A stretch of DNA of 64,000 nucleotides, from contig JAGAOW010000059.1 of assembly GCA_017889945.1 (NCBI GenBank), positions 11,083 through 75,082 on the forward strand, written 5' to 3'. Position 1 is the stretch's first letter, and every line of letters starts with the position of its first letter. The DNA is from Muribaculaceae bacterium (lineage in GTDB: Bacteria; Bacteroidota; Bacteroidia; Bacteroidales; Muribaculaceae). Of the stretch, positions 9,878-18,990 are shown one piece after another. The notes under the pieces are model-generated. The model saw only the letters and a program-made list of their open reading frames with translations, made no database searches and was not told where the DNA came from. The translations under genes were made by a program, and so were the position numbers.

Positions 9878-11752
9878 ATGATTATTATGGAAAAGAAGAA
9901 ATTGAAGATTCGCGATTTGACGCTTCGCGACGGTCAGCAGTCACTTTTTGCCACGCGCCTGAGCCAGGGAGAAATTGACAAATTGCTGCCTTACTACGAA
10001 AATGCAGGCTTCTATATCATGGAAGTGTGGGGCGGCGCAGTGCCAGACTCGGTTATGCGTTATCTCGACGAATCTCCCTGGGATCGTCTCAGGGCTTGTT
10101 CGCAGGCTATGAAGGGCAAGTCGTTGCTGTCGGCGCTTTCGCGCGGACGTAATCTCTTCGGCTATGTACCTTATCCCGATTATGTTCTCGAAGGTTTTTA
10201 TAAAGAGGCTATTGCCAACGGACTCAATGTGATGCGCATATTCGATGCGCTTAACGATATCGACAACGTCCGCGAATCAATCCGCCTGATCAACGAGCTG
10301 GGCGGCATTGCCGACGGTGCGGTATGCTATACAGTCGATCCCAAAGTTGCCGAAGAACCTAAGAAAGGTTTCTTTGGACGTCTGTTCGGGAAGAAAGCCG
10401 TTGAACCCGAAAAAATATTTACTGACGAATATTTCGTTGAGAAAGCCCGCCAGATGGAGGCCCTGGGTGCAAAGATTATCACACTCAAGGACATGGCCGG
10501 ATTGGTCAACCCCTTGCGTGCCGCATCTATCATCTCTAAACTCAAGGCCAATGTCAAAGTGCCGGTTGACTTCCACACCCACTGCACACCCGGCTACGGT
10601 CTGGCATCGAGCGTGATGGCCATCATCAACGGCGTTGACATTCTCGACACCAACATTTGGTGGTTCGGAGGCGGTTCGGCCGCTCCGGCAATCGAGTTGA
10701 TTTATTTGTTCACTCAAAAACTCGGCATTGAAATCGATGTCGATATGAAGGCTGTCGGCGAAATCCGCAAGCACCTGCTTGAAGCTCGCCATTCGCTCAA
10801 AAACTTCGACCTCGGTCAGCTCCCCAACGAATTCGATCCGCTCAACGACAAACTGCCCGCAGAGATTGAAGCTCAGCTCGACCGCGCAGTCGCAGCAGCA
10901 AAGGCCGGCGACGAACAAATTCTTCTCGACGCTTGCCACGCTATCGAACAGTATTTCGGCTTCCCGAAACCCAACGAACTCGTCAAAGAGGCAGAAGTGC
11001 CCGGTGGCATGTACTCCAACATGGTCGCTCAGTTGAAAGCGCTCCACGCCGAAGACCTGCTCGACGACGCTATGCGTTTGATCCCGATGGTGCGCCGCGA
11101 CGCCGGCTTGGTGCCTCTGGTAACTCCGACAAGCCAGATTGTAGGCAGTCAGGCAGTTTCGGTCGCACTCGACCGACGCAAAGGCAACCCCGACTATACT
11201 ACTAAATCAAATCAGTTCATCTCGCTTGTCAAGGGCGAATATGGTCACACACCCGTTGCCGTTGACCCGGCTTTCCGCGAAAAGATTACCGGCAGCGCGG
11301 TCTAAAAACCATATGACGTATCGTCGTATAAGCAGCCTGAAAATCCGGTTCTTGACGACCTCGGCGGAGTGAAACTCGCCTCCAACCGCGAAGAAGAACT
11401 CCTCCTCGAACTTCTGCCCAGTGTCGCCAATGGCTTCCTCCGTCGTCGCCGCACAGAGGAATTCGAGGCAAAGCAGGCTGAAGCCGCTCAAAAAGCTCAA
11501 GCCGAAGTGAAACCCGAAGAACCTCAAGAACCGATTACCGGCGAAACCCTTGTCGCTCCTATGGGTGGCCGAATCATCGAAATCAATGTCAAGCCCGGAG
11601 ATAAAGTCAAAAAAGGACAAGTCCTCCTGGTCTACGAGGCAATGAAGATGGAGAATGACGTTACTGCCGAAAAAGACGAGGTAGTCAAACGCGTCTTCGT
11701 CAAGGTCGATCAGGTTGTCGGCACAGATGCCGTCCTGATTGAGTTCGAATAA
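9878..11752 (+). pseudogene. Oxaloacetate decarboxylase alpha / pyruvate carboxylase subunit B with biotinyl domain, interrupted by an in-frame TAA at 11303-11305
   Basis: RDLTLRDGQQS, EVWGGA, LKDMAG, HTH, PGGMYSN and VTPTSQIVG. The same frame continues after the TAA (KPYDVSSYKQPENP...) to the biotinyl domain EAMKMEN. Confidence 0.88.
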
Positions 11753-11764
11753 TGACATACAGAA

Positions 11765-11805
11765 ATCGTCCGGCTTCAGGGTATTAATTCCTTTGGCCGG
11801 ACGAT
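11765..11805. terminator. Hairpin between convergent genes
   Basis: Inverted repeat atcgtccggc...gccggacgat. Confidence 0.65.
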
Positions 11806-11825
11806 GCTTTATAGTCTGATTGTTT

Positions 11826-13133
11826 TTATTCCATCTTGAAGCTTATCGGAATAGCATAAGTGACACTGACTTCCGATCCATCTTTGCTCTTGGCGGGAAT
11901 CCATTTTGTTTTGATTTTTTTGATAGCTTCGATTGCGGCCTTGTCATTTTCGGGCGACAGACCTTTGATAATAGTCTGGTCGGTCATGTTTCCATCGGCA
12001 TCGATAGTGAATTGAACGACGACTCGACCCTCTTTCATGCTTTCATCCCATCGCAGCAGCGATGCGACTTCATTGTAGAATGAGGTAAGTCCGCCAGGAT
12101 ATTCAGGCATCGATTCAATCTTTTCAAGGTCTTGGGCATCAGCGCTTTCTTCATTGGCTGCCGTTGCAGCAGGCTCATCTGAAATTACCGCCGCCTCCGC
12201 AGGCACGGGTGCGGGAATTTCTGTCGACTGAGCAACATCCTCACTTACAGCATCCTGAGCGTCTTTGACGCAGGAACTGTTGATTAAACACAAGGCGACC
12301 GTCATAGCCGGAAGCATCGCCAGAGCGCGCAAGCGTGCGCGACTTTTTGTTTGACTTTTCATCATCATAGTTATACGATTATTTAGTGAACTGTGATTCA
12401 GACTGTCGGCCATAGCGTGGAATCTGTTGCCGGCAGTCTTTTCTATTAATAATAACTGATATTCTATGGGGTCAGTGTTCTGTCTGAGAACATTGCGGTC
12501 GGCCTCGTATTCGTGGACCGAGATGATTTCGTTGTGTAGAAACCATGCTGCCGGATTATACCATTGTAGCGCGACGAAAGCGTTCGACACCAACAAGTCG
12601 AGCCAGTGACGGTTGCGGAGATGCGCAAGCTCATGGTCGATGATCATGCGCAGCTTGTCGCGGTCCTCGTCAGCGTTGGTCGAGGGAATAAATATGCGGC
12701 CGCCCCAGCTGAAAGGCGCCATGTGCTTGTTGCTGTGGACAAGTACGTTCAGTCCGAAGAGATCTACTTCCTTGGCTGTGAACCGCAGATAGCCCAGGTA
12801 GACGGTGTCGGCGATAAAACGCAGACAGATAAGAGCTGCCACTGCTGCATAAATCCGGACGATGTAGCGCACCAAAGAAGTTGCCGCCTCGCTGCTTAGG
12901 GCCGCAGCCACGACTGTCATTTGCTCCGCTTCTATGTCGGTCGGGCTGCTCGCTGCTCGGGTCAGGCTGAATGTGGTAAAAGGTGCGACTGCCGACAGTG
13001 CGTAAATCGAAATTATACACGCGCGGTTGAAGCTGAACAGAGTGGTGTGCCGCAGACACAGTCTGTAGACAAGGTATAGGCAAGCGAGTACTATGCTGCT
13101 TGTGAGTGAGTAAGATAAAATTTGACCGGTCAT
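11826..13133 (-). CDS. BlaR1-type M56 metallopeptidase fused to a TonB C-terminal domain
   Basis: TM segments, HELAH zinc motif, QWYNP and HEYEAD. C-terminal PEYPGG...GRVVVQFTID...PISF TonB_C signature. Confidence 0.9.
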   Translation of the reverse strand: MTGQILSYSLTSSIVLACLYLVYRLCLRHTTLFSFNRACIISIYALSAVAPFTTFSLTRAASSPTDIEAEQMTVVAAALSSEAATSLVRYIVRIYAAVAALICLRFIADTVYLGYLRFTAKEVDLFGLNVLVHSNKHMAPFSWGGRIFIPSTNADEDRDKLRMIIDHELAHLRNRHWLDLLVSNAFVALQWYNPAAWFLHNEIISVHEYEADRNVLRQNTDPIEYQLLLIEKTAGNRFHAMADSLNHSSLNNRITMMMKSQTKSRARLRALAMLPAMTVALCLINSSCVKDAQDAVSEDVAQSTEIPAPVPAEAAVISDEPAATAANEESADAQDLEKIESMPEYPGGLTSFYNEVASLLRWDESMKEGRVVVQFTIDADGNMTDQTIIKGLSPENDKAAIEAIKKIKTKWIPAKSKDGSEVSVTYAIPISFKME

Positions 13134-13137
13134 AGGT

Positions 13138-13506
13138 TTAGTTTTTATTGCGTTGCTTGATTACAGTCTCGACAATCTGGCGCAATTCGTCGTCGCTGAG
13201 TTGTTCGTCTTTTACCAATGCCGAAACCGACGCCTTAATCGAAGAGCCGAAGTAACGGTTTACGACGTCGCGGAGAGTCGTGCGGCTGAATTCATCGCGA
13301 CTGATGGCGGCTTCATAGCGATAGCTGCTGCCGAATTTCGAGTGCGTCACATAACCTTTGCTTTCGAGCAGTCGTACGAAAGTCGAGATGGTATTGAAAT
13401 GTGGCTTAGGATCATCGAACTGTTCGATAATCTCTCTGACGAACATCGGTCCGTTGTCCCAAAGTATTGTCATGATTTCTTCTTCGCGGTCAGTTAGCTT
13501 TTTCAT
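13138..13506 (-). CDS. BlaI/MecI/CopY family repressor
   Basis: MKKLTDREEEIMTILW...HFNTISTFVRLLESKGY...YFGSS; adjacent to the M56 gene. Confidence 0.92.
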   Translation of the reverse strand: MKKLTDREEEIMTILWDNGPMFVREIIEQFDDPKPHFNTISTFVRLLESKGYVTHSKFGSSYRYEAAISRDEFSRTTLRDVVNRYFGSSIKASVSALVKDEQLSDDELRQIVETVIKQRNKN

Positions 13507-13532
13507 ATGTTGAGAACTTGTATGCCGCAAAG

Positions 13533-13576
13533 TAAAACTAAAATATTTAGTTGGGCAACTAAATATTTTAGTTTTA
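13533..13576. promoter_or_regulatory. Putative BlaI operator (perfect palindrome)
   Basis: taaaactaaaatatttagttg-gg-caactaaatattttagtttta: 21-bp perfect arms directly upstream of blaI. Confidence 0.8.
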
Positions 13577-13591
13577 ACATATATTAATACG

Positions 13592-13626
13592 AAAAAGGCG
13601 AAGCTCCGATTTCGGAATTTCGCCTT
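13592..13626 (-). terminator. Intrinsic terminator downstream of rpmE2
   Basis: Minus strand reads AAGGCGAAATTCCG-AAAT-CGGAGCTTCGCC-TTTTT. Confidence 0.7.
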
Positions 13627-13759
13627 AAAGTCTTTTATAAGATTATCTTACGCGCGGATTGAAATCTTTCGGAAGTCTCCTCGGCTATATGCCTCGGATT
13701 TATTTTGAATACTTCTTACTGAAAGAATGCCGCTGTAAGTAACTCTAACCGAGTTCTTC

Positions 13760-14014
13760 TTATTTCTTGTTGCGGTTGCCGTAGCGGCTCATGAACTTAT
13801 CGACGCGACCTGCGGTGTCGACGAGTTTCTGGTTACCGGTAAAGAAGGGGTGAGAAGAACTTGTGATTTCCAGCTTTACGAGGGGATAAGTCTTGCCATC
13901 GATGTCGATAGTCTCTTTAGTGGCAATAGTAGAACGAGTGATAAACACCTCTTCGTTTGACATATCTTTGAATGCTACTTCGCGATAGGTTGAAGGATGA
14001 ATGTCTTTTTTCAT
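13760..14014 (-). CDS. rpmE2: 50S ribosomal protein L31, type B
   Basis: MKKDIHP...SSSHPFFTG...DTAGRVDKF; no zinc-binding cysteines. Confidence 0.95.
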   Translation of the reverse strand: MKKDIHPSTYREVAFKDMSNEEVFITRSTIATKETIDIDGKTYPLVKLEITSSSHPFFTGNQKLVDTAGRVDKFMSRYGNRNKK

Positions 14015-14164
14015 TTTATTATACTGTTTTTGTTATTTCATTAATGACAATATTTTCCGCTGGTAAGGCGAGAAATTGGTAATGGCTTGCAAATTTAGCT
14101 ATTATTATTTTTATGGCAAAACTTTCGGCAGAAAAACTTCAAAACTTCAATTAAAAATGGCGGT

Positions 14165-14195
14165 AAAAAATGGCGCGTCGGGGTGGTGCGCCGTT
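14165..14195 (-). terminator. Intrinsic terminator of the LRR gene
   Basis: Minus strand reads AACGGCGCACC-ACCC-CGACGCGCCA-TTTTTT. Confidence 0.6.
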
Positions 14196-14271
14196 GATAG
14201 TCGGGGATGATTGTTGTATAGGTTTGTGGTTGATTGTGATATTGTTTGCAGATTTGTTGTGGTGTGTGTTG

Positions 14272-16464
14272 CTACAGTGAGATTTTGGCTGTAGTTGCGG
14301 CTGCTTTGACTATATAGAGGCCTTTGGGTATGGCCGGGATGTTGTCGCTGTTGCCGTTGTAGAGCATAGTGCCTGAGAGGTTGAATATCATTACAGGAAC
14401 AGAGCCTGAGACCACAATCCGTCCACCTTCGACTGTAACGGTCGGAGCGGTAATTGAAATATCGTCGACAGCCGAATTTTCGCCGTATTCGATAATTTCC
14501 TTGAACTGATGCCATCCCGGAGCATTTCTATAAGCTTCTGCCGTGCCTCTGGGTACAAATAGCGGAATTTTATCAGCGTTATATATGATATAAGGTTTAC
14601 TATAAGAAGATGCATTTTCAATTTCTTCAAGGGTATATTTATCGCCGTTTTCTTTGTAGAAAACCGGTGGCGTTTTTGACTTGAGGGTTAATTTTTGTAA
14701 TGCGAGTGCCGTTATACAACGTTCTTGAACTGAGTGTAAAGAATCCGGCAGCACAATTTCTGTCATTTAGTATACTCCCAAGGCCCATTTTTGTATTACT
14801 CTTAGTGAATCAGGTATGCTTATTGTGCCGGCTTTTGTTATTGCTGACCTATTTAATTGTCTTACAGACATGGGCATTGTAACGTGTTTTACAAAGCATG
14901 ATGGAGTTGCGCGAGACGGAACAATTTCATTATATGGAATATGGTAAGTATCAAATTTCAGTTTGTTACACCACATGAATCCGCCACCTTCTTCGAGTGT
15001 AAATTCACAATCGAAATGCTCAAGATTTTCGCAGTCGTCGAAAGAACCGTTTCGGATGATGCTTTTAGCATTAGACCGCGACGCACGACTGGTAACGTTG
15101 CTTTGAGAAGGTTTGCGAGTCGTTACGGCACCAAGCATTGGACATCTTTGAAAACACTTATCATCTATGTAGTTTTGATTTGGAGCTTTCGAGGCTTTGT
15201 TTAATGTTTCGCATTCACAAAACGAGTAATAAAGTTCAATTGTTTTATCAGCTACATTTGCCGGCAAATCAATTTTAGTCAATAACGGACAGTTGTTAAA
15301 GCACCCATATAATATTTCCTTATATCCATTCTTATGAATATCATAATCTCCAATCTGCTCGATTGTATTTGGCAGTTCGAAGTCTTTTAGTAAAGGACAA
15401 TCTGAGAAGTTATTTGCACCTATTTTAACTATGCCTTCTGAGAACAGAATGGTTTCGAGTTGTCTTAGACCCGAAAAAGCTTCTTTTTCAATAATGATAT
15501 TTTTGCTATTAAGTGATGAAATATGCTTTAGTGCCCAACATTCATAGAATGCGTTAGCGTGTATTGTTAAGTTATTACATCCTTCAGGGAAATTCAGGCT
15601 GGTAATTGCAGTTCCTGAAAACGCATATTCTCCGATATCAGTTAGTCCATTAGAGAGAGTGAATGATAAAAGAGATGTACAGCTTGAAAAAGCATAATCC
15701 CCGATAGAAGTACAGCTGCGAGGGATAGTACCGATACTATTTAATGATTTACAACCACAGAACGCATACGCGCCGATACCATTTGTATTACCAAGCGAAA
15801 TCGAGGCTAAATTTTCACACCCACTAAATGCTCTGTCAGGTATTGCAATTGGTGCATTCCATGCAACTTCTTTTGCTCCACACCCCGAAAATGCGTGAGC
15901 GCCTACAGACGTTACACTTTGGGGAATTTTTAGTGTTGAATTTGCATATAGTAATTTACAATCTTTAAACGCGGCATCTCCAATAGAAATTAATCCGGGA
16001 TTGGGGAGATTTATAGATTTTAGTGCAGTGCAGCCACTAAACGCCCTATCTTTGATTTTCTTTAAAGTATTACCGGCTTTAACTTGTACCAATGAAGTGC
16101 AGCCTTCAAATGCTGAGGATTCGATACTGTCAATATAATTTGCAGTAACAGATTGTATATTTACGTTTTTGGAAAAACTACGAGAGCCAATTACACAAAC
16201 TGGTACAGTCGCATAAACATCATCGTAGATTCCTTTGTCTTTGTTCCATTCTTTTTTATGGAATTCGACTTCATTCGGGAGTGTTATATTTCCACTTGCA
16301 TTTTTCCCGCTAATAACTTTGGCATGTGCTTTGATATTATTCTTACCACTTATATATGTATAAGTGATGTTGTTAATCGTTTTGTCTTCGAAGTTTTCAG
16401 CGAAGACTTGAATGCCAATAAGAATAGAAAGCAGGAGGATGGAAATTCTGAGAAATGAATGCAT
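14272..16464 (-). pseudogene. BspA-like leucine-rich-repeat surface protein with T9SS C-terminal domain, interrupted by an in-frame TAA at 14767-14769
   Basis: Signal peptide and many IGxxAFxxCxxL repeats. After TAA-ATG the same frame gives LFVPRGTAEAYRNAPGW and the CTD IFNLSG...GLYIVK...KISL. Confidence 0.85.
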
Positions 16465-16680
16465 GGTATTGAAATTTAATTTTGGCAAAGGTAGCTAAAG
16501 AAAATAAATTACCCCCCCAATTTGTTAAAAATAGTCAAAAGCAAGTTGAGCCGGTCGTACGAGTCGGATAAGATGTAAGAGGAGGACGATAAAAGTAAGT
16601 TTTTGGGGCGGTTTTTTGTGCGGAAGAGTTAATCTGTTAATTTTGCATTTGTAAATCTGTTGATAGAATCGAGTTTAGAT

Positions 16681-17463
16681 ATGAAGAATGTTTCTATAAT
16701 AGGATCGGGCAATATGGGCACGGCGCTTGCCATCGGTTTTGCATCGGCCGGCTATGATGTGCGGATTTCGAATCATACGCCCGACAAGCTTGAGCGCCTA
16801 AAGGGCGTGGAGCGTGTCGCTGTGTTCGACGACAACGCTTTGGCTATCGAGAACGCCGACATGGTTATATTGGCTGTCAAGGCTGATGCGTTCGAGAAAA
16901 TTTTCAGCGAGATAGGCAGTTTGCTCAATTATAACAGAACTATAGTGGTGTCGCTCACCCCTAAATTTCAATTAGTGCAGCTCGAACAGATGCTCCGTCC
17001 ATATAACAAAGCCCCGATGGTGGCGCGCGTGATGCCTAACACTGCGGTTTCGGTCGGCGAGAGCATGACTTTTGTCAGTCTCAATGAATATGCCGCGGCT
17101 TATTCGTCGGAGGTCAGAGATGTGTTTAACTCTGTAGGCAAGGTCGAAATTGCCGACGAGACTCTTTTCGAGGCCGCCACTCTGCTGTGTTCCTGCGGAC
17201 TGGCATATGCGTTCCGCTACATCAGGGCCGCGTCGGAGGGCGGAGTGGCTCTCGGCTTTGAGGCGAAAGATGCCCGACGCTATGTGTGCCAGACGCTCAG
17301 AGGCGCTGCGGAGATGCTCGATCGCTTTGATTTGCACCCTGAGATGGCTGTCGACACAGTCACTACACCGGGAGGTCTGACTATCGCGGGACTTAACGCC
17401 ATGGAGCGTGCCGGATTTACGGCGGCTGTCCTTGCGGGTCTGGAGGATAAGTTAAAAGGATAA
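16681..17463 (+). CDS. proC: Pyrroline-5-carboxylate reductase
   Basis: IIGSGNMG, LAVK, RVMPN and VTTPGGLTIAGL motifs. Confidence 0.93.
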   Translation: MKNVSIIGSGNMGTALAIGFASAGYDVRISNHTPDKLERLKGVERVAVFDDNALAIENADMVILAVKADAFEKIFSEIGSLLNYNRTIVVSLTPKFQLVQLEQMLRPYNKAPMVARVMPNTAVSVGESMTFVSLNEYAAAYSSEVRDVFNSVGKVEIADETLFEAATLLCSCGLAYAFRYIRAASEGGVALGFEAKDARRYVCQTLRGAAEMLDRFDLHPEMAVDTVTTPGGLTIAGLNAMERAGFTAAVLAGLEDKLKG

Positions 17464-17466
17464 ACA

Positions 17467-17790
17467 ATGAACAAAGTCATACTACTCGGCAATGTTGGCG
17501 CCGACCCACAGTTGCGTTATATAGAGCGGCGTCCGGTGGCATCGTTCTCGCTTGCCACCAACGAGCCTGCGCGGCGGACTGAAAGCGGAGCTGAAATACC
17601 CGAACGCACCGAATGGCACAATATAGTGATGACCGACGCCGCGGCCGAATTTGCGGAGAAATATATACGCAAGGGCACACGGATGTTGATCGAAGGCACG
17701 CTCAGAACGCGCTATTGGGAAGACCGCAACACTATCAAACGAACGATTACCGAGATTTACGTCATCTCGTTTGAACTGCTCGGACGTTAA
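17467..17790 (+). CDS. ssb: Single-stranded DNA-binding protein (OB fold only, no acidic tail)
   Basis: MNKVILLGNVGADP...FSLATNE...TEWHNIV...IEGTLRTRYW. Confidence 0.88.
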   Translation: MNKVILLGNVGADPQLRYIERRPVASFSLATNEPARRTESGAEIPERTEWHNIVMTDAAAEFAEKYIRKGTRMLIEGTLRTRYWEDRNTIKRTITEIYVISFELLGR

Positions 17791-17864
17791 CTGACTTTTT
17801 GTCGCGTTTAAGGGCGGAGTGATGCGCTATTTGACGGCAAAAATTGATATTTTCATTGCTTTTA

Positions 17865-17896
17865 TTTGGCAGTTTGCGATTTTGTTTATAACTTTG
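17865..17896 (+). promoter_or_regulatory. Bacteroidetes sigma-A promoter of the pheA operon
   Basis: TTTG (17865-68), 20-nt spacer, then TAACTTTG (17889-96). Confidence 0.7.
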
Positions 17897-17916
17897 TCGC
17901 ATAAAAGTCAGACTAT

Positions 17917-17988
17917 ATGACACGATTTTACGCATATTCCTTTTTCTATTATTTCTATTATCGCAATGGAGACGGGGTTGTCGCGTGA
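17917..17988 (+). CDS. Phe/Tyr-rich attenuator leader peptide (23 aa, MTRFYAYSFFYYFYYRNGDGVVA)
   Basis: 10 of codons 4-15 are Phe or Tyr. Lies between the promoter and a terminator upstream of the Phe/Tyr biosynthesis genes. Confidence 0.85.
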   Translation: MTRFYAYSFFYYFYYRNGDGVVA

Positions 17989-18025
17989 GTCGTACAATAT
18001 GATTAGATGATTAAAAACATGATAC

Positions 18026-18066
18026 AATCCCGCTCATCAGAACAAAGATGGCGGGATTTGTTATTT
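18026..18066 (+). terminator. Attenuator terminator of the pheA leader
   Basis: aatcccgc-tcatc-agaacaaa-gatg-gcgggatt followed by tgttattt. The 5' arm can alternatively pair with cggggttgt (17973-81). Confidence 0.75.
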
Positions 18067-18101
18067 AAACAACAGGATAGACATCCCCTAAGTAAACTAA
18101 A

Positions 18102-18947
18102 ATGACAGAGCAAAAACTAAAGGTAACAATTCAGGGCGTCGAGGGCTGCTTCCATGATGCAGCCGCGAGGGAGTATTTTGGTAGTACAAATGTCGAAACG
18201 CTGCCGTTTGACACGTTTCACGATATGTTTGATGCTCTCGAAGGCGACGCTTCGCTTGTTGGTATTATGGCTATCGAGAATACGATTGCCGGCAGTCTGC
18301 TGCAGAACCACGAAATGCTCCGTCAGAGCAATCTGCGCATAATCGGCGAACACACAATGCGTATATCCCATGTGCTTGCCGCGCTGCCGGGTCAGGATAT
18401 AAACAGCCTCAGCGAGGTCAACTCGCATCCGATGGCGCTGATGCAGTGCGAGCAGTATCTCCGCCGTCATCCCAATCTGAAGATGATCGAACACTATGAC
18501 ACCGCCGGCAGCGCCAAAGAAATAGCGGAGAATCGCCTGACGGGTCACGCGGCTGTGTGCGGCGAGTATGCGGCCCGTCTATATGGTCTCGATATACTCG
18601 AAAGCGGCATAGAGACAAACCGCCGCAACTTTACCCGCTTTCTGATTATAGCCAATCCGCTGCTCGTCACAGAAATCGGTCCGGCCGAAAGCGAAATCAA
18701 CAAGGCTTCGATTGTTTTCACTCTCCCGCACACAAACGGCGCTCTGTCGAAAGTGCTGACTATCCTTTCGTTCTACGATATGAATCTGTCGAAAATCCAG
18801 TCAATGCCAATCATAGGCCGCGAGTGGGAATACCGCTTCTATGTCGACCTGACATTCAGGAGCATAGTCCGTTATCATCAGGCCATCGACGCCGTAAGGC
18901 CGCTGACCAACGAACTGATGATTCTCGGCGAATATAAAGAGTACTGA
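18102..18947 (+). CDS. pheA: Prephenate dehydratase
   Basis: IENTIAGS, SHPMALMQC, NFTRF and ACT-domain NLSKIQSMP. Confidence 0.93.
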   Translation: MTEQKLKVTIQGVEGCFHDAAAREYFGSTNVETLPFDTFHDMFDALEGDASLVGIMAIENTIAGSLLQNHEMLRQSNLRIIGEHTMRISHVLAALPGQDINSLSEVNSHPMALMQCEQYLRRHPNLKMIEHYDTAGSAKEIAENRLTGHAAVCGEYAARLYGLDILESGIETNRRNFTRFLIIANPLLVTEIGPAESEINKASIVFTLPHTNGALSKVLTILSFYDMNLSKIQSMPIIGREWEYRFYVDLTFRSIVRYHQAIDAVRPLTNELMILGEYKEY

Positions 18948-18990
18948 CAAAAACAATGACGCGCTAAAGAAATCAACCTCAACAATCATA

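Noticed and set aside
13760-14014. Zinc-starvation paralog of L31
   Set aside because: The Cys-free type B protein is the usual L31 in Bacteroidetes, and I see no Zur-like context.
14196-14270. TG-rich low-complexity stretch after the LRR gene
   Set aside because: Only degenerate short repeats with no consistent unit. Treated as 3' UTR.
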